From IMG/VR virus record IMGVR_UViG_3300025316_000014, positions 2,090-66,089 of that record: a stretch of DNA of 64,000 bases; one strand, given 5' to 3'. Origin of the DNA: a virus. Taxonomy: Duplodnaviria; Caudoviricetes. The notes below the pieces were generated by a model, which was given only the letters and a program-made list of their open reading frames with translations, searched no databases and was not told where the DNA came from. How positions within the stretch are numbered: the first letter of the stretch is position 1; each line of letters begins with the position of its first letter. Shown here piece by piece: positions 46,449 through 55,195 of the stretch. The position numbers were made by a program, and so were the translations under genes.

Positions 46449-46597
46449 ACAAGTACAGCAATGACTGTATCCAGCGTAAAATTCACCTGACTCGCTGGCA
46501 GGTGTCCGACGAATTATAACGGACTGATAGCTTGGATAATTAATTATTCAAGCCTGGAGTGAATGAACCTGACTCCAGCAGGTGAGGAGAAAGCATA

Positions 46598-47281
46598 ATG
46601 CCAACTACAGTTGAAATCGATGGAAAACAAGTAACTCTTTTTACGAATGAGGAGTTAAGTGCACAAACAGCCGCCGCCCGAACAGCAGCCATTGCAGAAC
46701 TCGATATTAATGCCAAAACGGCAGCCGCCCGTCGGGATGCAGAAGCAAAGTTAACAGCCTCTCAACGAGAAGCGGCTGCGAGGATTGCTGGCACTGAACA
46801 AGCCGCCGAAGCGAAAATGGCTGAACTGCAAGCCCAACTTGATGCCGCTCTGCAGGATAGGACGACTACAGTTGCTGAACTTGAAGCATTAAGATCTGAC
46901 CTTGAAGGAGCACGAACAGGACAAGATCTTGCGTTCGATCGGGCAGTCGATATGCAAATTGAAAGCGAACGCCGTATGTCAATGATTGAAAGTGGTGTTC
47001 GCCCGGCAAAAACAGCAGAAGTCGAGGCGTTGTTACGTGCAAAAGGAACAGATTTTAGCGATGATATTGATGTCTTAGTTGATATCGAATTGTTAAAAGA
47101 AGACGCTCCTGGTTTGTTCACAAAAGCCGTATCAAATAGTGACAGTTATATTCCATCGGGGACAGCTCATAATTCCCCACGAAGTGTGGGGTTACAATCC
47201 GTGCAAGATATTGAAGCTTTATCGCCACGAGAATACGCGAAATGGCATGAAGAAACGTACGGTAAAGGCAGAAATCGCTAA
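46598..47281 (+). CDS. Capsid scaffolding protein
   Basis: Ala-rich coiled coil, PGLF motif, LSPREYAKW, directly upstream of the MCP. Confidence 0.75.
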   Translation: MPTTVEIDGKQVTLFTNEELSAQTAAARTAAIAELDINAKTAAARRDAEAKLTASQREAAARIAGTEQAAEAKMAELQAQLDAALQDRTTTVAELEALRSDLEGARTGQDLAFDRAVDMQIESERRMSMIESGVRPAKTAEVEALLRAKGTDFSDDIDVLVDIELLKEDAPGLFTKAVSNSDSYIPSGTAHNSPRSVGLQSVQDIEALSPREYAKWHEETYGKGRNR

Positions 47282-47349
47282 TTAAATCTGACGTGCCATA
47301 GTGTGGTCGTCAGCCAATAAGAAAATAAATCGAAGGGGGAAGCCAAACT

Positions 47350-48534
47350 ATGGCACAAAATCAATTTCTTACTCCTAAAATCGTAGGGTTGGAAGCTCTG
47401 CGAATTTTACGCCCAGCTCTTGCTATGCTGTTGAATGTTAACGTTGATTATTCTGCGGAATTTGTTAACGTTGGTGATACTATCAGTGTACGCCGCCCGA
47501 CTGACTTTTCTGTAAACGATATGCTTGCCACCGATGGTACGTATAACGCAACAGTTGTACAAGCCGTCAAAGAAGGCTCTGTGCCGGTGAAGATCAACAA
47601 GTGGAAGGATGTTTCCTTCGCATTGAATGCCAAGGATAAAACTTTGGTTTTGCCGATTTTTTCCGACCGCGTATTGGCTCCTGCAGTAACGAAGTTAGTG
47701 ACTGCAGTCGAAACTGATTTGCTTGGACTTTTCAAAGACATTCCGACATATTATGGTACGCCGGGAACTACTCCGGCTACTTTGCCGGATTATGCAGGGA
47801 TTAAGAACACTTTGTTCCAGCAAAAAGTGCCGTTTATCGACAAGAAGATCTCCCTGTTTCTTGATGGTGTTGCGACGATGAATCTTCAGCCATTGCTCAC
47901 TGTTTTATCTGGTGGTTCTGGTGGGAGCAATGCGAACCTGGAAGGTAATCAACTTGCAGTTGACATTTACGGCATGAAGCCGTTCAGTTCGCAAATTATC
48001 GTCCCCTTTACTCCTGGAACGATCGCAAATGGAGCAAGTCCGGTTGCTACTGGAACAGCGCTTGCTGATTTAGCATCTGGCACTCAATATATCAACATTG
48101 CCTCTGGATTGGCCACTGGCACGTTGAAACATGGCGATATTTTGACATTCGCTGGGTGCACTGGCACATATGTTGTCCTCGGACCGAATGCTGGTGGGGC
48201 AGGAGCAGAAGTTTATACTGCTTCCGGTGGCGTTCTTTCCGCCGTTCCTATTTACCCCAATTTGGCCAGTAATATCGCTGGGGCGGCTGTCACTTTGCTC
48301 GCAGCTCATACTCCGAATTTAGCCTTCCATCGTGATGCGTTTACGCTCGCCATTCGTAACCTTGCTCAGCCCGAAAGCATCAAATCCGAAATTATCACGG
48401 ATGAAGAGACCGGATTATCGCTGCGCGTTTCCTTTGGATGGGATGTGAATTACCAGCAAGATGTTTGCAATATCGGCATCCTTTATGGAGCGGCTACCCT
48501 GGATCAACGTTTGGCCGCGCGTTTCTTGGGTTAA
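47350..48534 (+). CDS. Major capsid protein, P22 coat family
   Basis: N.FLTP, GDTISVRRP, NLAFHRDAFTLA, GLSLRV, ILYG. Confidence 0.88.
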   Translation: MAQNQFLTPKIVGLEALRILRPALAMLLNVNVDYSAEFVNVGDTISVRRPTDFSVNDMLATDGTYNATVVQAVKEGSVPVKINKWKDVSFALNAKDKTLVLPIFSDRVLAPAVTKLVTAVETDLLGLFKDIPTYYGTPGTTPATLPDYAGIKNTLFQQKVPFIDKKISLFLDGVATMNLQPLLTVLSGGSGGSNANLEGNQLAVDIYGMKPFSSQIIVPFTPGTIANGASPVATGTALADLASGTQYINIASGLATGTLKHGDILTFAGCTGTYVVLGPNAGGAGAEVYTASGGVLSAVPIYPNLASNIAGAAVTLLAAHTPNLAFHRDAFTLAIRNLAQPESIKSEIITDEETGLSLRVSFGWDVNYQQDVCNIGILYGAATLDQRLAARFLG

Positions 48535-48636
48535 TCTTCCAAGGTAACGAATTCCATTTGTAAGATTTATTGTCCTCCTGGGTTATTTATTTAATTCAGG
48601 AGGGCAGATAATTGAAATTAAATAAAGGAGTCTATT

Positions 48637-49167
48637 ATGACACTTGCCAATATTAAAGAAACAATTGCCCGTGTGTTTTCTGTCCCGCCGGGTGGGTTTA
48701 TTATCGCAGAGGCGTTGACCACTTTGTTCGCCACGGTTGGTGGACATGATCATGATGGTATCAATTCGGCACTCGTTCCTGGTAGTGTACGAACTGCGAT
48801 TTTGAATTTGACTGAAGCGAATATAAACGCTGGTGGAATTGCGATTGCTACTCCCCCTGGTTTGCAGTTGACAGTCGTAGGATTTAAAGCTTATCCGGTC
48901 GGCATTTTTGCAACAGGAGCAGGTATTGTTCTTGCCGATACTGAAGCTACCCCGGTCCCTGTAGGGACAATTCTCACTGCGGCGTTGAATGATGGAGCAG
49001 CAACTCCAGTTGCGAAGAATGCTTCTGACACGAGCGCAAACGTGAATATTGGGGTTGGTTTCGGCATTGAATTACCGGTAGGCGTTAGCTTGACATATGG
49101 AGTGTCTGGCTCGCCATTCACCAGTGGAACTTCTTGCCGGGTTGTTGTGTTCTACACATTGCAATAA
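48637..49167 (+). CDS. Head decoration / minor capsid protein (putative)
   Basis: Position after the MCP; GHDHDG motif; beta-rich. Confidence 0.5.
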   Translation: MTLANIKETIARVFSVPPGGFIIAEALTTLFATVGGHDHDGINSALVPGSVRTAILNLTEANINAGGIAIATPPGLQLTVVGFKAYPVGIFATGAGIVLADTEATPVPVGTILTAALNDGAATPVAKNASDTSANVNIGVGFGIELPVGVSLTYGVSGSPFTSGTSCRVVVFYTLQ

Positions 49168-49177
49168 GAGGTTCTTG

Positions 49178-51034
49178 ATGGTTGTTGCTATTCTGATACC
49201 GGTTAAAGCATTCGCCGAACGGGCAGAAGCATTTTTTAATGCGCTCATTCGTTTAGAATATCCAAAAGAAAGTTTGCATATTATTTTCCTTGATGATTTT
49301 GCTGATACAGCAAGCAAGCGTGCTCTTGAATATTTTCAAACAGATGAGCGCATTAAAACATATGCTTCAATAGAAGTGATACCTGGAATTGATTTTTGGG
49401 GAGATAATACCACTTCCAGAGACGCAGCTTTATTCGGGGATAAAATAGCTTTTTATGGACATTTATCCCGTATCCGTCAACGATTGCTTGATAGAGCGAG
49501 AGAACTAAAAGTTGACGCCGCATTATGTATTGATAGTGATGTATTGATTGCTCCGCAATTATTGAATCATCTTATCGCCCAGCAAAAAGATATCGTCGGC
49601 AGCATTATTCCTGTTACTGAATCAAACGATAATGGTATACAAGAATTTATTTATAGTCGTCCTATTAATGCAATGAATCTTAATAATAATAGTGATAACG
49701 ACTACCACCATTGGACGCATTATTCTCCTAACTGTTGCACTCTTGTACATATGACAGGCGCAGTTTATTTGTTATCTAAACAAATATTAAATTCTAGTGT
49801 CTCATATCCAGAACTAGCTCATTATCAAGGAGAAGATTTAGGTTTTTGCGCCGCATTGCGAAAAGCAGGATTTACAATATGGCTTGATTCAACTCCTCTT
49901 TGTATTCACATTATGAGTCTTTCTCGGCTGCCTAAAGCAATAGCCGATTATCAAATGGCGTGGAGCAAAGAATCTATTAATGAATTTACTGAAAAAATAT
50001 CTACTTCAGTATTCGTATCTAATAAATCTATTCCTGCAACGTTTGTCTATCCTCCTACTATCCCATGGGGAACAATGTTCCAACGGCCGCAACAAATAAT
50101 GAAAGCTTTAGCTAAGCAAGGAGCAAGGTCAATATTTGTTGACACATCTCATAATGTTCATTCACCATTCGAAGAAGTTGAGGATAATCTTTTTGTTATT
50201 AATGATATTAGCCAAGCCACACAATTAATCTCCCGACCATTAATAGGGTGGGTTAGTTATCCTCCAACATATTCCTCTTTTACTGTTTTATCACCGGATA
50301 CAATGATTTTTGATGCGCTTGATATGCCTGAAGGAGAATTCGCTGGGTGGAAGCATGGATATGCTGCCGCACAGAATAACGCGAGCATAATTTTTTGTTC
50401 ATCACAGGCTCTTTATGATTATAATAAAGCAACTCATAATAATAAATGTGTATTATTATTAAACGGGGCTGATTATAAGCATTTCTCAACTCGAACTACG
50501 CTTGCTAATGACATGCCGAAAACAGGACGTAAAGTTTTAGGTTTTGTTGGAGCGCTTGCTTCTTGGCTTGATTGGGCATTACTTGAAGAATTGCCTAGTT
50601 TACTTCCTGAATACGAGATTGTTTATGTCGGTTCATGGTTTGGAAGCATTCATGGAACAAATAATCCGCAAGTGCATTTCCTTGGCCATCGTCCATATTC
50701 TGATTTGCCTAAATATATATCTGGGTTTGATGTTTCAATGGTGCCATTTAAAATAACCTCTATGACAAATGGTGTTAATCCAATTAAACTTTGGGAGTAT
50801 TTAGCGGTAGGCGTCCCTGTTGTTAGCACTCCTCTTCCTGAGGCTATCGCATTGAATAAAGTTGTTAGTATTGCATCATCCCCTCAAGAATTTGCAGATG
50901 CTATTCGCTCTTCTTCTTCACATTGCACTCCTGGGCAACGCCGACGAGTTGCTAAAAATAATAGTTGGGACACCCGTGCTATAACTGTTTTTGACACTTT
51001 ATATAATTCTGGTATTATTAAAAAGAGTACATAA
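49178..51034 (+). CDS. Bifunctional glycosyltransferase (GT-A family-2-like plus GT-B family-4-like)
   Basis: IDSDV and GEDLGFC; FQRPQQI, NGADYKHF, NPIKLWEYLAVGVPVVST. Confidence 0.85.
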   Translation: MVVAILIPVKAFAERAEAFFNALIRLEYPKESLHIIFLDDFADTASKRALEYFQTDERIKTYASIEVIPGIDFWGDNTTSRDAALFGDKIAFYGHLSRIRQRLLDRARELKVDAALCIDSDVLIAPQLLNHLIAQQKDIVGSIIPVTESNDNGIQEFIYSRPINAMNLNNNSDNDYHHWTHYSPNCCTLVHMTGAVYLLSKQILNSSVSYPELAHYQGEDLGFCAALRKAGFTIWLDSTPLCIHIMSLSRLPKAIADYQMAWSKESINEFTEKISTSVFVSNKSIPATFVYPPTIPWGTMFQRPQQIMKALAKQGARSIFVDTSHNVHSPFEEVEDNLFVINDISQATQLISRPLIGWVSYPPTYSSFTVLSPDTMIFDALDMPEGEFAGWKHGYAAAQNNASIIFCSSQALYDYNKATHNNKCVLLLNGADYKHFSTRTTLANDMPKTGRKVLGFVGALASWLDWALLEELPSLLPEYEIVYVGSWFGSIHGTNNPQVHFLGHRPYSDLPKYISGFDVSMVPFKITSMTNGVNPIKLWEYLAVGVPVVSTPLPEAIALNKVVSIASSPQEFADAIRSSSSHCTPGQRRRVAKNNSWDTRAITVFDTLYNSGIIKKST

Positions 51035-51702
51035 TGATATCAATAAATAAAGTACAGGGATTATTAAAATCAATAAGTAATAACGCATACTATAATGATG
51101 TATATAGTTTATGTGAGATATCGTATTGGGAGCATATTTATCAGTGGATGGCCGCGGATAATTATATAACCCCAGTTGAACAATGCCTTGATATCGGATG
51201 TGGCTATGGTACACTAGCTCTTTACGCCCATCTTTTATGGGGGGTGCATGTTTGTTGTACAGATTTTGTTGATTATTATTTTCAAAAAAGTTTACTTGAT
51301 TTATATAATATTGAATATGCTACTACGAATATTGAATTTGAAGTACCGCCATGGGAATATATATATGATGTTATTATTTTTACGGAAGTTCTTGAGCATC
51401 TGAATTTTAATCCGGTTTATACATTTAATCATATATGCAAAGTATTAAAACCGGGCGGATATTTATATTTAAGTACTCCGGATATTCAGTCGTGGAGAAT
51501 ATGCAATAAATATATATCATATCATAAAATGTTAAAGCCGTCTAATGATATTGTTTTACAGGATACTCATATGTATATTTATAGTGAAGCAGAAGTACGA
51601 GAGTTAGCTCACTTTATGAATTTGCGAGTTATTCATTTTGATCGTTCTTCTGGTATGAATGGGGCGCAACATTTGAATTTTGCCATGCAATACATGCCAT
51701 AA
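51034..51702 (+). CDS. Class I SAM-dependent methyltransferase
   Basis: LDIGCGYG, YDVIIFTEVLEHL, LKPGGYLYLSTP. Confidence 0.9.
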   Translation: MISINKVQGLLKSISNNAYYNDVYSLCEISYWEHIYQWMAADNYITPVEQCLDIGCGYGTLALYAHLLWGVHVCCTDFVDYYFQKSLLDLYNIEYATTNIEFEVPPWEYIYDVIIFTEVLEHLNFNPVYTFNHICKVLKPGGYLYLSTPDIQSWRICNKYISYHKMLKPSNDIVLQDTHMYIYSEAEVRELAHFMNLRVIHFDRSSGMNGAQHLNFAMQYMP

Positions 51703-51728
51703 ACTAATAAATAAGGGAGGGTGCTATA

Positions 51729-52313
51729 ATGAGTGGAACACAAATTGCTGATTATACAATAACCCCAACAGTCGGGGTTAACACATATGTTGACCCTGGA
51801 CAAGCATTAGCTTTTGCTAAAATGATATACCCTCAAATTCCAACGATCAATGCTTTATCAATAACATCCCCTGACGCAGCATGGAACGGAGCAGTTATTC
51901 GAGCGTGTATGAAAATCGAGGCACTTGACCCCAGGATGTGGCTTGGTTGGAAAACAAATATTAATTCGGAATTGCAATGGCCACGAATTGCAGTACCGGA
52001 TTTACGGATAAACGCATGGGGGTATAGTCCAGTTTATGGTTTTGGTTTCTTTTATGACGCTAGTTTAATGCCACAAACATTGCAACTTGCACAAACTCAT
52101 GAAGCAATATATTTGTATTTACTTGATAGCGATGCTGGATATATTACTACTGTAATGATGTCATTAAAGGGAATAACTGATATTAGCTTGCAAAAAAGTT
52201 CCATTAAAACTGCTCCAGTAGAATTATTCGGTGGATTATTCTGTAATCCATTCGCATGGACTTTACTTAAATATTTACGTCGTGTCGGGCCATCTTCAGT
52301 TAAGATGTGCTAA
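51729..52313 (+). CDS. Head-tail adaptor (DnaT-like family)
   Basis: NTYV...A, G.K......LQWPR, AQ..EA; position. Confidence 0.65.
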   Translation: MSGTQIADYTITPTVGVNTYVDPGQALAFAKMIYPQIPTINALSITSPDAAWNGAVIRACMKIEALDPRMWLGWKTNINSELQWPRIAVPDLRINAWGYSPVYGFGFFYDASLMPQTLQLAQTHEAIYLYLLDSDAGYITTVMMSLKGITDISLQKSSIKTAPVELFGGLFCNPFAWTLLKYLRRVGPSSVKMC

Positions 52314-52366
52314 TATATAGACGAATTTAGAGTTTAACTCAAGCTATATATGGGCATAAATATAAT

Positions 52367-52696
52367 ATGTTAGGCAGTCCATTCGATAGTTTTATGCCAC
52401 ATACTTGTACGATTGTAACTTTAGGTGATCCAAATCCTGGTAATGACGGAGAGACACGGATCAATCAAGTGACAACAACAAGTTCATGTCATTTTACTGC
52501 CGAAAATAAATTACAATTATTGAAGGATGGTACTTGGGCACAGCTACAAGGAACAATGCTTTTACCAGTGAATGTTCCAATACCAGACCCGACAAGTTTT
52601 GTGATAATTAATGGGATTAAATATCGACCTAAATTAGTTAGCCAGACAACCTTCCCGTGGGGAGGGATTGCTGAGCAAGTAATAGGTTTGGAGTAA
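52367..52696 (+). CDS. Head closure protein (putative)
   Basis: Size, beta-rich composition, INGIKY, position. Confidence 0.55.
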   Translation: MLGSPFDSFMPHTCTIVTLGDPNPGNDGETRINQVTTTSSCHFTAENKLQLLKDGTWAQLQGTMLLPVNVPIPDPTSFVIINGIKYRPKLVSQTTFPWGGIAEQVIGLE

Positions 52697-52699
52697 CTC

Positions 52700-52996
52700 A
52701 TGACGAAACAAGAAGCGCAGAAAGCCTACGGCGAAGCGAAGGCCAAATTACAAGCAGTCGTTATTGCTATTAGTGATCAGCAAAATAAGCTTATTACATT
52801 GCAGTTTAGTGAGGTTAGTGCTAGTGGAACAGGCGATCATGGAGGCGGACGAGCATTTACTTCTAAAGCTGAGAGTGAAAGAAAGCAAAATATTTCAAAA
52901 GTGCAAAACGAACTTAAGTCGCTTGACGCTGCGAAAGAAAAGGCACTGAATGCTGCCGCGGCAGCCAAGAAAGTTCTAGATTCAATTAAAGGGTAA
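52700..52996 (+). CDS. Conserved-ends helical ORF family, copy 12
   Basis: MTKQEAQKAYGEAK...AAAAKKVLDSIKG. Confidence 0.75.
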   Translation: MTKQEAQKAYGEAKAKLQAVVIAISDQQNKLITLQFSEVSASGTGDHGGGRAFTSKAESERKQNISKVQNELKSLDAAKEKALNAAAAAKKVLDSIKG

Positions 52997-52999
52997 CAA

Positions 53000-53404
53000 A
53001 TGGTTCAGCATAGTGTTATACCTCCGAATATGGGTGAAATTCGAGCGCAATTAAATGCGGCTTTTGCAGCTGTCCCTGTTGAAGGTAAAAAAGCGATGGG
53101 AGCAATTCTTTCACCTGCAATTAAATGGACAACAGAACGCACACCTTTTGGCGATACTGGTAATCTAAAATCAAGTATTACTGAAGCGTCGAAGGTGCAT
53201 CCCGATGGGTTAGGTTTTACACTTCGGACAAGCGGAATTGAATATGCAGCAGCGCAAGAATCTAATCTTGATTATCAACATATTAATCAAGAACCTAGTG
53301 GTGAACGTGGTCCACTTTATATTTATCGCGGTATTAGGTGGGCAGCAGCGCACGCCTACGAGCACCTTGCTGCGATGCACAGACGAGTTTGGGGAGGACA
53401 TTAA
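53000..53404 (+). CDS. HK97 gp10-like neck / tail completion protein
   Basis: TP..DTGNLKSS and EYAAAQE motifs. Confidence 0.65.
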   Translation: MVQHSVIPPNMGEIRAQLNAAFAAVPVEGKKAMGAILSPAIKWTTERTPFGDTGNLKSSITEASKVHPDGLGFTLRTSGIEYAAAQESNLDYQHINQEPSGERGPLYIYRGIRWAAAHAYEHLAAMHRRVWGGH

Positions 53405-53405
53405 C

Positions 53406-53702
53406 ATGACGAAACAAGAAGCGCAGAAAGCCTACGGCGAAGCGAAGGCCAAATTACAAGCAGTCGTTATTGCTATTAGTGATCAGCAAAATAAGCTTAT
53501 TACATTGCAGTTTAGTGAGGTTAGTGCTAGTGGAACAGGCGATCATGGAGGCGGACGAGCATTTACTTCTAAAGCTGAGAGTGAAAGAAAGCAAAATATT
53601 TCAAAAGTGCAAAACGAACTTAAGTCGCTTGACGCTGCGAAAGAAAAGGCACTGAATGCTGCCGCGGCAGCCAAGAAAGTTCTAGATTCAATCAAGGATT
53701 AG
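53406..53702 (+). CDS. Conserved-ends helical ORF family, copy 13 (duplicate of copy 12)
   Basis: 288 bp identical to 52699-52986; SD GGAGGA. Confidence 0.75.
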   Translation: MTKQEAQKAYGEAKAKLQAVVIAISDQQNKLITLQFSEVSASGTGDHGGGRAFTSKAESERKQNISKVQNELKSLDAAKEKALNAAAAAKKVLDSIKD

Positions 53703-53705
53703 CAT

Positions 53706-54635
53706 ATGACAGTGCCTGCAATTAGTTCAATATCTCCAACATACGGTGACCTATCTAGTACTATTATAGTAATTGGTACTGGTTTTAAGAATGCGACCAC
53801 GGCTACTGTTGGAAGTATTGAAGCTGATTTTACGGTAATTAGTGATACATTATGCCATGTTCAAGCTCCATCGAATGCTTATGGTTTTGTAACGATTACT
53901 AATCCAGATGGAACAGCAACAAGCGCTCTTTCTTTTATGACAATTCAGCCTCCAGTGGTTACTTCATTTTCGCCGGAAACTGGGCAAGCAGGCGTTACTG
54001 GTGTTCAAGTATTAGGCATAGGCATGGCATCATGTTTAGCAGATTTTCCGGGATCAGGAGTAACAGTAAATGGTACGCCATTGGACAGCGGATATGCAAC
54101 TGGTGAATTTGGAATATCGTTTAGAATACCTAAATCCGCGACAACAGGTATGATTGTTATAACAAATCCTGCTGGTTCAACATTTTGCGGACCATTAATT
54201 ATACCATATAATTATGCAACACAAGCTTTTGCAAGAGCATTTAATGATGCGGGATTAGGAGCAGGGGATGATGTGTGGACGATGGAACGGCAGTCTGGAG
54301 CGAAACCCCAAACCGTTCTGCAAGAATTTGAAGTAGTTGATGACGACGAAGCTCCACATTTTAATCTTTACCCAATACAAATTGCAATCTACCATCCGAA
54401 TAGGCATGAAACTTGGCGAAGATGCCATGAAGCATATACTTATTATCGACAATTTCGCGGTAAAAGCTCTATCAATCCTGGATACACGTTTTATAATTGG
54501 CATTCGGAACAAGTCCGTTGTCAATTTTCTGGGGTAGTTGATTCTATCGAAATAACAGGAGCATTACTTTTTAAAGCAATGCTCAATATTACTTTAGTGA
54601 CGCTGTATAGGACCGACAGCGAATTATTAGTATAG
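53706..54635 (+). CDS. Tail terminator-like protein with two N-terminal IPT/TIG Ig-like domains
   Basis: PAISSISP..G....IGTGF...VISDT...ITNPDG and PVVTSFSP..G...ITNPAG; position before the tail tube gene. Confidence 0.6.
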   Translation: MTVPAISSISPTYGDLSSTIIVIGTGFKNATTATVGSIEADFTVISDTLCHVQAPSNAYGFVTITNPDGTATSALSFMTIQPPVVTSFSPETGQAGVTGVQVLGIGMASCLADFPGSGVTVNGTPLDSGYATGEFGISFRIPKSATTGMIVITNPAGSTFCGPLIIPYNYATQAFARAFNDAGLGAGDDVWTMERQSGAKPQTVLQEFEVVDDDEAPHFNLYPIQIAIYHPNRHETWRRCHEAYTYYRQFRGKSSINPGYTFYNWHSEQVRCQFSGVVDSIEITGALLFKAMLNITLVTLYRTDSELLV

Positions 54636-54653
54636 GTCCAAAAGGAGAATATC

Positions 54654-55163
54654 ATGTCAAATACTACACAGGATACCTTCCACAATTCGTCGCGAGTTTT
54701 GGCCTATATGTCGAACGATGCAACTCCAGTTGCAGTAATGATCCCGACGCTTACTTTCGATGAAACTCCGGTGGAAAAAGAGGAAACTTGGTTTTCCTCA
54801 GGAGACGTCCCAAGTACTGGCGATCATGCTGGTACAGCATTTGAAAGTGGAACAGTTAACGGTCTTGGCAAGGCGTATAAAGTCGAGACGAAAATGTTCA
54901 AAACTACGGATGCAACTCCTGCACTCAATAGTGCTCTAGCTGCTCTTCGGGCGACTAAGAATAAAATTGGCCTTAACCGTCGGTTAACATTTGTTATTGT
55001 CGATCCCGATGGAATGACAGAACAATGTGTTTGCGATGTGATGGAAATTGTCTCGATTAAAGGGCCAACAGAAAATAGTGCCGCATTTAGCTTTAGTTTA
55101 CACCGCCGTGGCGCTCCGAGTACTTTTGCTGGTTCTATTACCGGGCAACCGCCAGTCGTATAA
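54654..55163 (+). CDS. Major tail tube protein
   Basis: Size, FSFSL...GAP C-terminus, position before the chaperone. Confidence 0.65.
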   Translation: MSNTTQDTFHNSSRVLAYMSNDATPVAVMIPTLTFDETPVEKEETWFSSGDVPSTGDHAGTAFESGTVNGLGKAYKVETKMFKTTDATPALNSALAALRATKNKIGLNRRLTFVIVDPDGMTEQCVCDVMEIVSIKGPTENSAAFSFSLHRRGAPSTFAGSITGQPPVV

Positions 55164-55195
55164 TTGTGGTAGGAAGATTAACCACAATTGATTAA

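Noticed and set aside
46505-46560. Hammerhead ribozyme (CTGATA between two stems)
   Set aside because: It lacks the CUGAUGA/GAAA core.
53238-53405. N-terminal extension of the 154-aa ORF
   Set aside because: It overlaps the gp10-like gene; the true start is 53406 by SD and identity with copy 12.
52699-53692. Diversity-generating retroelement TR/VR pair or composite transposon
   Set aside because: The copies are identical with no A-specific mismatches, and no reverse transcriptase, transposase or terminal inverted repeats were seen.
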